Shown piece after piece: positions 36,601 through 51,600 of a DNA stretch of 64,000 nt; position 1 is the first letter of the stretch; every line of letters starts with the position of its first letter. Source of the stretch: Phoronis australis (lineage: Eukaryota > Animalia > Phoronida); the NCBI GenBank assembly GCA_002633005.1, contig NMRA01000107.1, positions 663,169 through 727,168 on the forward strand, in the 5' to 3' direction. A program made the translations under genes and the position numbers. Below the pieces are notes generated by a model. It was not told the DNA's origin, ran no database searches, and saw only the letters and a program-made list of their open reading frames with translations.

Positions 36601-39600
36601 AACTTAATTTTCTTACACATCGTGTAAATTCCTATGTTTTAGATACAACCATCAACGACACCCACAAACTATGGCAACAGGCAGGAGTAATGAGGCCCGG
36701 TAACAGAAGGATCAAAAATGTTGTTTCGAATAATTTTGCTTATTTTTGGAGTAGACTGGGTTGGTATAAGACAAGACAAGTCGACGGTTACAGATGCCAT
36801 AATTACATCTCACTGGTGACAGGTTGTGTGTAACACTACCAGTAAAATATGGCTTAGAAAGGACTAACTGCACATGTATACATGCATCGCAGATATATTC
36901 GATTTGTACCCAAAGCTATACTGAATGTAGCAACAGTGCACTTGAATCGTGAGAATAAACAATTGCAAAAATACAAATTTAGTCTACTGCGTGAGTATAG
37001 GTGAATGGGAACAGGTAACAGCTAATGAAGTGATACAACAGAATACTGAAAAGGAAATGACTCATATATCTACCCACACACCCACCCACCCAACGTCCTA
37101 CCTTTATATATAGTGCGTACCTGGCCACATTCGCTGCTCGATTGTCCATAGAGCTGCTGGCACTGGACATCAGCGGTGTACATCTGACCAGGCAAGCGAG
37201 CCATATGTGCCGCCCACAGCGCTGGGTCTCCGTGTGTAGCTGGATCCTTCACGCATTCACGATCGCTGAAAGTCATTGGTCACTTTTTCGGCTTCATGTT
37301 ACACTTTTACATGGGCAGCGCATCACAGGGGGCTGTGTGGGGGCTATAGCCCCCATATTTTTCAGTGCTGCGCTACCCATGGTCTGTGAGCGGTGCACCA
37401 CAGGGGGGGGGGGGNGGGGAGGGAAGTGTGAGGCCATAGGCCCCAACTTTTTTCAGTGTTGCGCCGCCCATGTTTTATTTTTGGAACGTACATTCTCACA
37501 ATGCACATGCACGCTGTTACATTTCATGTACATGGAAGCTATGTTAGTAGAATGTTTTAAACGGAGAACCGAAACTACATCGTCGTCGTTTTATGGGAAC
37601 AGCGTGAAATGTCCAACAAACTCTTGGTTATCGATTATGGGTCAAAACAACCTACCGTGCACAAAACAGTTGAAACTTATGTTGTTCTAATTCTTTGGAA
37701 CTAGCTATATAGCTACTTTGTTGGAAAAGCACGGAAGAAGAATAAGTGAGAGTCTCGTTGTCAAGGACACCTACGTCGACACACATTTAGCCGTAGGTTG
37801 TCGTTCAATTGTGCAATGTCGTTCCCTGCGAACTTCTCTTCAACATAAATAGATTTCCTCGCTTGCCAAATTAGGAGCTTCAGTTCGGTGGTGCGGGGAG
37901 CGCCAAACGCAATATGCCCAATTTCAGAGGTGTTCGGGAGTGTTATATTTTGTTAAAGTCAAATTGACATGTTGCACAAACTGTAGAAGCTACCATGAAC
38001 CTTTCCTTTCGGCTTCCAGGAAAACACCTAAATTTGTGAAACTAACTAGGCGGTCTGCAACTGGGAACTGACTCCTGTGGAGCCTGGGTTTTCAATATTG
38101 CCATCGCCCAGTTCGCGGTTCTGCGAACACATCCGGTTCTGTATCTCACGCTTTAGTGGCACTTAGTACTTTTTAAGCCCTCACCCAATTTAAGCGAAAA
38201 ACGACAGATGCTGGCTCAGCTGGACATTTTAAATTTTGTGCTGCATCCAAGGCTACGAATCGCATTTGGTTGATTTTGAAAAAATTTCACCACAAACTTG
38301 GCTGGCGGGTCTTAATTATTGGCTTTTGGGCGGTCGTTTACATTCGCCACTGAGAACGGAACTAACTCCAAACCTCAAAGGACGCGGAACACTAATAACT
38401 CTCAGTCTCTGCAACAGGCTAAAAGCAAATTGTGTAGCTATCTCCCTCGAACTCTAAATGTTTAATAATATTCTGTCGCCATGTATTTCTGATAAGTGCT
38501 GCTGGCAAGATTTAGCGAATGTGTACAAGTTTCTGGCTATATAGTAAGGTCAGGGGCCATGGCCATACGCCCGTGTCTGTGATCAAATGTGGGTTATTTG
38601 CAGGACCTACGCTGCAAAATGCATAGACTGGGTTTCTCGACGAAAAGACAACACATTCTACAACAAGAAAATTACGAATATTAAGTATGATTTTGGAAAC
38701 TTGAGTATTAACTGCTTGTGTAGTATACATTCATACCCCAGAGTGTTCTTGAAATCTCGCACTGAACAGGAGGAGAAGTAAAACGTGTTATGTAGGTTGC
38801 TTTTTCCTCCATCTGGATCCATGATATGGTTTGCTTCCGCGCATCCGCTGGTTCCCCCGTCGTGACGGGCACCCAAACTGAAAATAAAATGGAGAAATTT
38901 ACTCGAAGTGACAATACAGAATTTGATAGTTCTTGGAAATGTGATGCAAGACTCACCCTGGCCGACCTGTGAATGGATTCAGACAGTCCTGAACAATAAA
39001 ATCACGGTTGCTCTGCTATTTGAGAAGAGCGAGATATCCCGCTGTAAATGGCTACAAATTTACCAAATGCTAAGGACGGTGAAGTCTGCTGCTAGTATTT
39101 TTCTCCGACCAGTGCGTAGTGAAAGCCGAGACGGCACTGTAAACCGTAGTCTGTAGCTCCATGGTCAAAAAACGCAGTAGAGCAACTGTCTGTAGAAGTT
39201 ACTCAAACTATTCCCGTGGAAAATTGAAAACATAACTGTAGCACCAATAATGTTTCGTGAATTATTTAACCAGTAACCCTTCCTCTGACTTCCTTCAGCA
39301 CTTAAGCCGTGAATGGAACGAAACTCGACGACTCCAAGTACAGCTGTGGTACTTTGAACACTTTAGGACCTATCTAGATGATGCTTTAATACACTCACAA
39401 CTTACTTATGGCCTAACTCGTGGGCTGCGGTACTGATGCAGTTAAATCCACCGTGAGACTCGGTCAGTGACACCGAACGGCGGGACGAGCAAATGCCGGC
39501 AACCGGAGCATATCCTGAAAGAAAGAATGTGGTGTCACTACGTTGGTTTCTGCGCATATTCTTTCCCACATGGCAATTCCTCTAGCAAATTATTGCGTTT

Positions 39601-42600
39601 TGAATTGGAAATCGACTTAATACAATTAAGGTATATACATTCGTCCAGGATCGAAGACATTACAAGGAGATGTCAAGTGGCTGACCTACGATTGTTGATG
39701 TTCTTGCGAAAGTAACTGCAAAAGTTTTGCTTATTTGCGAAGAAACATATCAACGCAAAGAAAGAGAAGCCCTATATCTACACAGTGTATTCTAAAGGGC
39801 GTAATTATGCTTTGGACTGAGAACTTGATTCACCCAAATCGGAAATTCACATAATTACGAGACATTTCAGGGTCTGTAGTTCACCAGAAACCATTGAAAC
39901 TCTGTGACACCTTTATGTTTTGAAAAAGGTGGTGGACTGGATGTTTAGGTAATCCTTGGAACCCAGAAATTGAATAGCTATCAGCAGATAGAGCTTGATT
40001 GAACACTCGTGGTGGATCATTTGAGGGTAAAAGTGAAGAAGTCAGCTCGATAGCATAGGCCGGTTTTAATAAAAATGCGAACAAAACAAAAATACATGTA
40101 CCTGCAACACCCGTTGAGCCACTACTCGTGAAATCGAGACTGAAAAGTAAATAGAAACATTATAAATGACATAATCAGCATCTTGTCACCAAATCATTTC
40201 TCAATGCAGTCACTGATGCATGTAACACCCAGCCTCCCGTTCAGTAACGCTAGGACCTCGCTAAAAAGCAAGACTTCGCGAGATTACGTGAGATATTGCC
40301 GTGCATTTTAAAAGAGAGCACGTGACTTTGACTAGGTTTCAGCTAGGTCCTAGCGTAGGTCCTAGCGTCTACTGAACGCACGTCCGGTCTTTTGAGCTTG
40401 ATACACAGGCAAGTGACAGCTTACGTCAGTCATCCAAGGTTGATTGTGCGAGTAAATTCAACTAAATAGAGCGTTCTTTGGCAGGGCTTTATCTTTCCAA
40501 ACTGCCATTCGACTCCTTTATGCCTGTTCGAACGTTCTACTTGTAATGTAGCAGTGCACTTCTCTTGAAGTGTGAGTTTACATGTACACTAAGGTGCACT
40601 TGCATGTTTTTCCCTGAAGCATTGAAAATCTACAAAGAGCAACATCACCAGTAAAAAACGTCCGGCTCTCAAAATCCTTTGAACAAGTTAACGGAAATTG
40701 AAGGTGCATAAGTAATACTCTCACCCAAATGAATCTATTAAGGGTACAGCGTCTTTCTTTATTGTGGTATTCAAATTGCACTTAATGGCGGTTCTTAACA
40801 CGTATACTGCGGCAATCGCATGGGAAACTGGCCACCACGGAAAAAACCTCGAAAGTTTCGGTTATTGAGAGCATTTACGAGTAACGGAAGTCACAGTTAT
40901 GAAGTCTCTGGAATAAAAGCGTGAGTAATCAATAGGAATTGATTTTGATATCCGAAATTGCAAAATAATGCCATGCTTTTCGTACCGTATGGGATAACAT
41001 GGTGGAGATAAGGGTAATTATTTACAATATGACGACATTGACTTACACATATGATTTTGATATCGTTCGATTCCTTTCATCGTTATCTTTCCAAAAATAT
41101 ATGAATGTATCCCCTACCGCGTTTCCTCCGTATTTTATCGTCGAATATCGGTTCGCACTATTTCCCGATTGACACCGCCATGTTAGCTCAACTCTTGTTA
41201 ATGAATGAAACAGCATCCTCGATTGTGAATGGTGTTTGCCCGCGCGAGATTCCCGCTAAAGTTTTCCCGACATAATATGGAGAAACATGTAGCGGCATTT
41301 TACCTTTTCCAAATTTTTTACAATTGACCATTTGACCATTTTTCCTCGAAAATTGTTTGAAGTGAAACCCTTTTCACCAAGTTGGACCTCAAAAACAACC
41401 TCCGCTTTTTCGTGGATTCTTGCTAGCAGATGTGTACCAGGGTCACCATAGGATCGAATTCGAACCTTTGGGACCGTAACGCAGGCAGGGGATAGACGGG
41501 TATCGGTCAATTTGAACCTATGAAAAGCGACAATCTGCAGAAGTCGGTAGATTAGTTCAGTTTTTGACCGCCAGGTGACTCCTTCCATTCCAACATGGCG
41601 GTGTTACAACCTGGGAGTAAACCGAGTACCGGGAAATAGTGCGAGCAGAAATTTCGCGATAAAATACTAAGGGAGCGGGGTAGGAAAAAATCGTGGTATT
41701 TTAGAACGATAACGTTGCAAGGAATTGAACAATGCCGAAATCATATGTGTAAGTCAATGTCGTCATATTGTAAATAATTACCGAGATAACTCTGGCCAGA
41801 TATCAATAAGATAACTTGACTTAAGAAGTAAGTGGCTGCCACGAGTGGACGACTTCCCACAATTCATTGCGCATGTGACGCTTCCATCAGTTTGTGGAAG
41901 AATTAAATGGCCGCTGTGTGTCCCGGACCCCTTTGCGCATTCTTATATACAGCTGACATAGTAAATCGTCTTCACTGAGCAACTAGGATCATAGGCGGAT
42001 TTAGGGGGGGGGGGGGGGNTTGGGGGGGGGGGGGCTCAAACCCAATTTCAAGTGTCAAATTCGGAATACGGCTCATTCGTAACGGAACTATGGCTAAGTA
42101 TACACTTAGTGTAGGCTCTCCCGCGATATCCCAGGCGACCGGCAGAAGCGCTGCGCACTACGACTCCGTTTTCGTCGTCTGCTCCACTGTGCAATGAAGA
42201 AAATTTACTTCATTTTTTAAAGAGAATGGAACCTGAGTGACGATGAAAAAACAGAAGCTGCTGTTAAGATGTGAATTTTAATCGAAGCCTTAGTGAATCA
42301 CTCAGAAACTCATTAATTAATTCTCTCTTTGTCAAACCTTAACTTAGACGATTTCCAAAGCAATCCCGTCATTATTGCCAACACGAAAAACGGATTTGGT
42401 CTTTTGGGCATTTGTAGACTATTTTAAATACGACAAATTTGTTAAGATTTCATGGCACAAAATATAAAACGTGTAATAAGCATTACGAAAAGAAGTAGGT
42501 TTCGCGCGCAAACGCTGTGGACCATAAACAAGTAGGTCTTTTAGCATGAGATTCCTAGTTAACTCGTGGTGGTTTAGTGGTAACGCACGTGCTCTATAAC

Positions 42601-45600
42601 CGCGAGGTTTTGAGTTCAAGTCTTTGGTCACGTTATCTGTTTTTTTTTTCTTGAATAATACTTCAGGAATCAAGTAAAATGCTTGATTTTTAGAGGTAAA
42701 AACAGAAAAATTTCCTGGGCGGGAGGGGGGCAAATCCCCCTTCCGACCTCCCCCCATTCGGTGCTATGCGCATCTACAATCGTGGTTCAGTTTGCGCAAA
42801 TGCTTACAGCCGGACAAAATTTGGGCCCCCCCCTTGTGATATCCTAGATCCGCCACTGAGGATGAATTTCAAAACAAAACTCACTCTGAAAACGAGAACG
42901 CGTGGTCATGCTTAGGCAGCGATGAGCGGTACTGTTGAACGTAGTTGATGAGTCCATTCAGCGCACGGTCCACGTCGACTTGATCACGACCTGACGACAC
43001 GGTCACCTTATTGCTATCATACCAGGACGACCCCTGCGGAGACTGGAGTGATGCAAAATGAACGACGAGATCTTAGTGAGTACATAATTACGATCAACAT
43101 GCTAGAACACGAAATCATTGCCACGTGACATAGGCCTACTCCCAATAAGTACATTGTATACACTGTGGAGTTATAAAAACTGCTTGTTTGGAGATGTCCA
43201 AAAAGTTTTCATATAAAGCGCATGATAAACAAAATAGCGTCCTTTTTGAGGAATGATAGCGTAAACGGTAGTGCGAGGTTGTCCTTTTTGGTTTTGAATT
43301 GTTCTCTTTTCCTAATCATAGAGGAGGAACCTTGTTGTTTCATTGATGTTATTGATGTTGCAACAGTGAATCAGGCGATGACCTCATCACACTTCCTCAT
43401 ACATGTACCTTGATACTTAGATTTTCGGTCCTTTTGACCAACAGGTTCAAAGATGTGTGAATAATTTAGGGCCTATACCTTAATCATCCTGGTGAGGAGT
43501 TTTATATGAGAAAGAAGTTAGGAAACTGATCGGTCACAAATGTTCTTAGGTGTGCGCCTAAACTTCACATTCGCGCCAAAGACTCTATACCCAGGTCATT
43601 CGGAAAATCTCGGGTATTTTCGTAGCCTGAAATTATCCATCGGAGGGTCTCATGACTGCGCATGCGCTAATGGGAACTGTAAGAGAAAATTGATGTTATA
43701 ATGACAAAAGTCCTAGGCGACCTTATTTTGCTTCTTGATGTACTTGTACTTTAACATTTGTATAAGACTGTTATCGTAAGGGTATACCTGTATACGGCAT
43801 TCTCCATTTGAAGAGTCACCTCCTCCAGTCTTGTTAGAAGTTCGCACATGCGCAAAACATCTAACACCGATCAGGGTTAGTTTCAAGCTACCAAAATACC
43901 CTGGATGATTAAATTGCCTCGGGTTCTAATTAATTATACATGCGTCACTCCAGAAGTTGCGTTTGTGACCGGAATCATTCGCGGCAGCTTTGTTTGTACG
44001 ACGATTTATTGTGGGCATTTGTTAATTTAAGGCCGTTTTCAAGATGTTGTCGTAATCATTTGATTTCGACGAGTACACTCGGGCAGTCCTAGATTGAACT
44101 GGAATCCTGTTTTGTGAGATTCTGACAGTTCAGTAGTGGGAAGGTATGTGGTTATGGCTGAATTCGGCGAACACAAAAACACATATCACTGTGTTGATTG
44201 CCGCCTTTGTATACTTCTGTGACTTCTCACATGCACGGGGACACAAACTTCGTGGCCTCGAGTCTCTACTGTGACTGCAGGTCACTATGCTTCACGTTTT
44301 AAAAAGCAATCCAAGCAAGTGGCAACGGAGCAGACAAGGGAACTGCCGAAGGCATGGCATCCTTCTTCAGAACATGATCTTTGCCGGCGTGCATGCCTCT
44401 CTGGTAACCCAACAATAAGAAATGTTTTTCGACTACTCGAAGGTTGTTTACGTATTTAGCATTGGCGTGAAAGGACAACGTTGCATTCTTGACATGAGCG
44501 AGTCACCTCCAACGAATCTTGTCAATCATTGTACATCACGGAATTCCTAATCATCTATACTGTTTTAAAGCTCATTATCTTGCTTGCTTGGCTGGCGGGG
44601 ATTGATTCAGATCACAAACGTCACTTCCGGATTGGCACATGCGCAATAATTCAGAACTTCAAAATTTATCCAGGGTAACCACAAGGAAGTGGTTTAAAAA
44701 ACGACAGTAAAAGCGGCCGTCTTTCTCTTTCGACTTACATTGACCGCTGCTTCAATAATGTGGCTATTACCTCATGCCGTACCGTTTCACTCAATGGCGA
44801 CTGACGGTCATTATAGATGGATTTTACAACCCTGTGGTCGGACTGGAGCTCATGCGGTATTTTGGACTCAATGAATTCGCTCCAACCTATATGTTTTTAT
44901 GTTCTTTGAGCCTACTAGACAGCACTTGATAAAAACTTTGAATTATCGTTATACCTCAAATACGCGATTCGCTCCAAGCTCAGTGGCAGAGCTAGACTGA
45001 TGCAGGAACTAAACCTGAGAACATTTTTGAGCCAGTTTACGATTAAACTACCTTACCTTTGCAATAACGTAACCTGCCAGAGTAATGAAAATGTTTATGG
45101 AAGGGTCGTTGATATTTTGATACCGTAGATCAACCTGAAACGAAAAAGCACAGACATTGCACGATATTCACTTATTCGCATTGGTTTAAAAGATTTAATG
45201 AATAATAACTGGACTGTGAATGCGTTGACATCATGGGGGAGTATTGGGTAACTTGGTACCCTGTGCTCAAAGTACGTCTTCAAGGAATCGTGTGAAGCAC
45301 TTGGTCCAAGACACCACACCTCCATTTTAATTGGTTGCCAATGGAATTTTAATCAGGAACTATTTAACGTTGCTCTTGCTTTCCAATTAATGTCAGCGCG
45401 GTATTTGTAATCGCCATATTGGTGCACTCTAGGCAAACTGTAGGACTGTAGAATCACTTGTTTTCTGAAATCGAAGAAGGTAAAAATCCAACTATTTATA
45501 AAAATGGATGGTGTCATCTATTAAACCACTTCCTTTTTGAAATAAACATAAACTAATGGATACACAACTCATGGGCTAATAATCGGACGGTTTAATCAAG

Positions 45601-48600
45601 GCAACCAGTGTAACCGATATGACGACCGGGATTAAAGAAATTGCAAAATGTACGTGTACATGCTCGTATATGGGGTCTAAACACACGCGCGCAGAGATTA
45701 TCTAACTTCTTAGACAACCAAGGACTCAAAAGGTTACAGAAAGTTCAAATATATCAAATTCTTAATCCTTTAGTTTTATGTCTTGTCAGCCTCTCTTTAA
45801 TTGGGATCTCACAATAGTTTAATGGGCATTGAAGGGTTGAAACATCGTTCAACCCTAATAGCAAATATTTAAATGAGGTACAGTATACAGACATTCACTA
45901 TGTGTACACTTTTGTGCGATATCTTTCTAGCAAACAATCAAATTCTTAAAAATTTGCTTTCAACGTTTGTCAAACCCCTTACTCCATGAATGACGTAAGC
46001 AAAGTATTGCTTAATCTCATTGGTTGCTTTGGTGCTGTCGTAGCTGTTCTTTTCGTAAAACTTTCGCCACAGAGAGTAGTCGACCATGACAAGCCCTTCG
46101 ACGTTAGCGATAATTTTATTGCTTCTTCTAACACGAGCACCCCTCGTGGCTACAAAATGCAAAAAATAATCCCCGTTGCATTCTTTTAAGATGTCTAAGC
46201 ATAAGTATCAAGAGGTCATTTTGTTGCAAGTTATACACTTCATCCAGTATTCAAACTATAAATATCAACCTTCAAATTAACGAGTGAAGATAACTGAATA
46301 GCTGTTTAATTCAGACATGGAATTCTAAATTTCATTCCAGTGATGATAATCGCAAAGCTGCACATTTTTTCATTTTAAAACGGTCACGTGATGGTAAAAT
46401 TTCAGCCATGCTCTGAGTTGCGAACAACAAGCACTTGAAAAATACATGCTTACGTGTTTCATACCTTGGATTAAGAATATGACAACATGCAATATTTCGA
46501 AATATGGTCGGAAAGCTGTACTCCTCGTTCCTTTGTTACGAAGATATTCGTGTAACTAAATAGCCCACATCACTGACAGGTCACATGAGCAGTATCGTAC
46601 AGCACTTTCGACAGACAAGAACAAACAGACACGATATTGCAGCTGCAGGCATCAATGCTACGGACGACTCTATAAGAATGGCCAAACTTGGCTGACTTTG
46701 GAACAACATATCTCAGAAATGGCTGATTTAGATGTTATGCTTCATGGACTCAATCACGGTGTCAGGATTGTTTCTAAAACGTTTCATGAAATATCTACCA
46801 AGTTTCATGAACCGATAACGTGTTGATGTCTTGGAATATTGTAAAAGCATATTTAAATAAACCTTCTTAAACATTTGCTTCAAAGAAAATTTGGTCATTT
46901 TAATCATTGATACCGTGGTTTTGTTTGTACTATTCTTCGTTGCTAAATTTTAATAAAAACATGTTAATAACAATAAATAACAGATTAGTTAAAAGTCAAA
47001 AATCAAATTTTACAAGCTTTATACTTTTTGAAAAAATGTACTTTTACAGTTACAATCTATATTTTTCTTGACATTTTTCTAAATGCACAGAGTTTTACAT
47101 AAGGTCCTAAACAAACTTAAGGTAACAACACCCGTCGTGAAGAAAGTGAATTTGGTCTTCTATAACAAGAATAGTGTTGCTATGTTACAGATCCGATTGG
47201 ACCCTCTTACTGGAGAATAAATACGTGCAGGTTTTTCCAAAACTATTTTTCACATTTTATGTACGTTCGAGTTCATGGTCAGCTGGATTAAGGGCCCCTT
47301 CGGCTGAATGAACATTGAAAAATGTAGTGTCCCAATAACGTTTAAAATTAATGGATTTCCAAACGAAACACCTGCATTGAATTACCGTTTAAGTCACTCG
47401 AGTCCTGTGACAATGTATCAAAATTTCTCCCTCTAGATTACAATTCAGATATGCTTTATCTGTAGCCTACTCACCGATAATCGTTTCAATGTCGGCATCG
47501 TCGTAGTCTTTAGAGCGTCTTAATTTCATCTCGTGAGCCCAGAGAGACTGTCGTTTCTTTCTGACGACCATAGTTTTTTCGCCCTCCTGTTCTAGCTCAT
47601 ACAACACGTTGTTGCGTGTCACATGACCCGACAGCTTCAACGCAAAAGGAATAGTTTATTTAAAATATTCGTATATATTGCATATTGCTAAAAGGAAATA
47701 ACTATTATTATCTTCAGATTGTCATGTGAACAGACACATTTCATAGAAAGTAGCACGTTACAAACACAAGTTTTCTTTAAATATTTCGAAATGAAAATCT
47801 AGAAAGAGCCCGCGATAATTTCTCATAATAAATTTTCTACTGTTTTACTGAAATCTTGTAAATGCCGAATAAGCATGAATCCCGCAAGGAGAATAGGAAG
47901 ATAGTGTGAAAACCCGGGACTAAAGCGCCCAAGTATTGTACCTTGCCAGATGAAGTCCGCTTCAATAAGGTCGTTGTACCGTTTTGGGAGCCTCCAAAGA
48001 ACTGGTTGTTATCAAATATCTAGAAAAATAAAATAACATCTTGTAACAGAGTCATGGCTTCAAATCCTTCCTCGGACAATATATATAGACATGAGGTCGG
48101 TGTAAATAGACCAAGAAACTTTAATCAAAGTTGTAACACGCCACCACCCCACAGCATTCGGTCAGTGGACAGAAATTCAATTACCACATAGCGGTTTTTA
48201 ATTGAACGACAGGGGAATAAATCCCGCCGTTACTTCATCATATTGTTTGGTTAGATTGAGTTCACTAATATATTTTAGTTATTTGGCATCGACTGGGATC
48301 GGTAGCAGCTACTGACTTCGGAGCCGCCAAATCTTCTTCGCTGAGGGACACGATGATCTTCATCCAATATAATTTCAAGAGATTTGCCTTTTCAGTGAGC
48401 CAATAGTACACCTCACCGCACACCAGTGGAAACTTTCCGGCATTATGATAGCAAGGAAAGGTGTTGAACACTGCAGGTCGAAACCTCCAGTTTGCATTAC
48501 ATAGGATCTATCTGTAGGTGGTGCTGAACGCCTGTGCACCAGTTACATGATCACTCTTCGTCTGGATTATAGTGAATTTCAGTATGGCATGGCTATTTCG

Positions 48601-51600
48601 AAAATCAACTATTGGATTATACGGCGATTACTCGAGACAATCGGGAAACGGCAATAGTCTGATATAACGTGCCCACATTTTGAGAACCAGTTTGATGCCA
48701 GTTATTTAGTGGGAAAAACTGGTTCTTAAAATTCGGGCACTTTATAGCGGACCATTACCCGGGAAACAGTAGTGTAGCCATGTTCCATCCGGAACACCTC
48801 GGGTATTCCCGTGTCCTCAAATTTCCCCCTAAAATGTCAACGTTATCTGCGCAGGTGCAGGATTTTGTCTTGGGGAATGACTGAAGTAGGAATTTTTATG
48901 GCTTTAAACTCCACATTTCAATAGACGTGCGGCTGTTGCATATTGCATGTTGCGGCTATGGTCCATGTACGTATACGATAGGCTAGGAGTTTCAAGTAAA
49001 CCAACGTGACAAATCTAATATATATTATGTTGGCATTTCGTGACCACGACTTGAAAAGTCCCCAAAGCGAGAAGCAGTCAAACAGAACCAGCCTGATTTT
49101 GGTTAATGTTTAAGACTATTAATGTAACATTTACAATGAGGGTAGCCCCACCAGTTCTCACTGCTTCCCATTAGACTATTATTGTAACATTTACAATGAG
49201 GTTAGCCCAACCAGTTTTCACTGCTTCCCAGTAGACCCTCAGTCAACAAAACAAATTGTATTAATTCATTAATTGGACTTACCCCCGAAAGACAATGTTT
49301 GAGTTTGACGCTACCAACAAACTATTTTTATAAACACTTGATAATAGATTTAAAACGGACCAGAAAGAATTTCAGACTTTTTGGGGATAATTCTCGGCAA
49401 ACAATTTCTGAATAGATTGCGTAATGGATGATAAACACTGTCCCAATACATACATGCACAGCAAATATGAGAACTGCCGCCAACGTACATGTAACAGTTA
49501 ATCCAGATTAAACGAGATTCGAGAGGTGCTGTCTAAACTTTAAGGGGATATTTCAGGCTGTTACGGACACCAAGAGAATAACCATCACTAACATCATCTT
49601 CAGATCCCCTTATATTTGGAGATTACGAATACTCGTCGGATGTATCAATGAATAAATTGTTGCCCCTGCGCTAACTAGTAAATCAAAAACGTAGTTGTAC
49701 ATTGTCACACCACTGTTTCGAGTTTGTGGATTTCAATTTGTATTAAATTGTGGCTTGCTGGCCACTGGGGAACGTTTTAGAGTCGAACATGTGTATTTAT
49801 CTAATGCTTTCCGTGGATTTATTAGTTGAAGTGTGTCCTTGCATACGCCCTCTGGCGTATTCAAGTATGTACTAATCTGCAGTAAACATTGGTTTTGGGC
49901 GCTCGATAGCACGATTCATAATATTAAAGTGGCATTAGCTTGATCCGAAGAACCAATCATTTCTAAACAGAGCAAGGAACAAGACAAGGTCAATTTTAAC
50001 GGCAAGTGGCCTAAATCGAAACATTTTTACTATTTAATTGCCTAATAGCCAGACTTTGAGTATATTGTGGATTACGCAAACGTGTGTGTAGTTATCGCGT
50101 CTGATTACTTCTTGATTCAAGCTGCGGGCTGGAGCAAAAGCGCAAAATTTTGAGTTTAGGTGGAAACAATGAGTACGCCTTAAATTACGCTATAATTAAT
50201 AAATTTCGAAACTGCGCGGTCAAATTAATCACGTGACGGTGCTACGCCACAAGCCAACTGCATCATCACAATGGAGACTTTGTATTTACTCAATACATGT
50301 AAGTGGCACTCATGGCAGTGTAGTGAATAAGTGCATTTGCAGCAACGGTTCTAATGCCCATGCGGATGGCTCAAGGCTCTTTACTTTTCCGAAAATTACA
50401 GGTCATGCAGTTGATCATCACTTGCAAACTGATTTGCAACAATTATTTTTTTGTCACACATATCGACGTGTGACGAAGTAAGCTGCTATAGATTAGTGGG
50501 ATACAATTCTAGTTTATTTTCATCGAGACGTCAGCGTTACATCCCTGATTAAGTAAAACAGTTTTAAAAATCGAAAGGAATAACTAGTGGATAAATGATA
50601 TGTTTTAGTTCAGTAAGGTCAACTTTATTGTTTACATTCATGGAGCCATTTCAAACAGTGAAAAGTACGACAATACAGCTTTAAATATGCTTCAGTAAAT
50701 TGCAATTCTTTTACCTGTGATTATTTTGTAACCTAAACCATTAGTTCAGATTAAGTGATCACAAAATAGATGATGTATAAACGATATAAACGAAGAAGAA
50801 CCAGATATCAGAGCTGTTCACCAGACTGTAATGCTAACATATAGTGGATGTGAGACAGCACATGATGCTAGTGTTCTGCGCGTTATGTTGACTTGCGCGA
50901 TATAGGATGGATTTACCCCGGTTTTGATGACGTCATCCGCATATAGCGCAAATCAACAGAAAACGCGCAGCACACTAGCAGTGGGTTAGGTACAGAAGGA
51001 AATGAGGGTACCGTATATCGATCACTTGGTTCACTAGCCACTGTAAGTAACTCTTAATGCTGTCACGACAGTTAGAAGCTAAAATCACACAGACCTGAAA
51101 ATAAATGTTGTCTTTGCAGGTTTATTAATGTTTGGCTCAATGGTGTCAATCTTACCTCAGGTTTGATGGGTGGTTCTTCTTTCCTTGGCGTCCCGTCAGC
51201 TCCCACAAACATAACAGGAACGGAGTCCGGTTGAATACGAGAGTTTCGTTTGGCATTTAGCTGAAAGGTCTGGCCGTGCGCGTCAAATTCGACACTCATG
51301 TCATCGGCAGGATCATCACTTTCGCTAACTCGAGTGACAAATTCAACTGTAACGAACACGTAACCGTACTGATTTCTTCAGTCAGTTAAATTAAACATTA
51401 CAGGGAGGTAAAACTTGAGCTTGTAGTACAGTTAAAGGTGGAATAAGCTCGAGATTTTTTTTCAAACAGTTTTTATTCAGGCCCCGTGCCATTGCCGTTC
51501 TAAAATTGATTTCATTGTGTACCAAACTGAGATTAGAGATGGTGTCTAGGCTTGTAAAGAACTGTTAATTCAACACACGCTCATTGCAACTGTTTGTCAC

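Noticed and set aside
42562-42633. Functional tRNA gene
   Set aside because: Acceptor and anticodon stems do not pair cleanly, and it lies inside a TIR element
48265-48471. 68 aa minus-strand ORF as a protease exon
   Set aside because: No good donor and no family resemblance; the model is in phase without it
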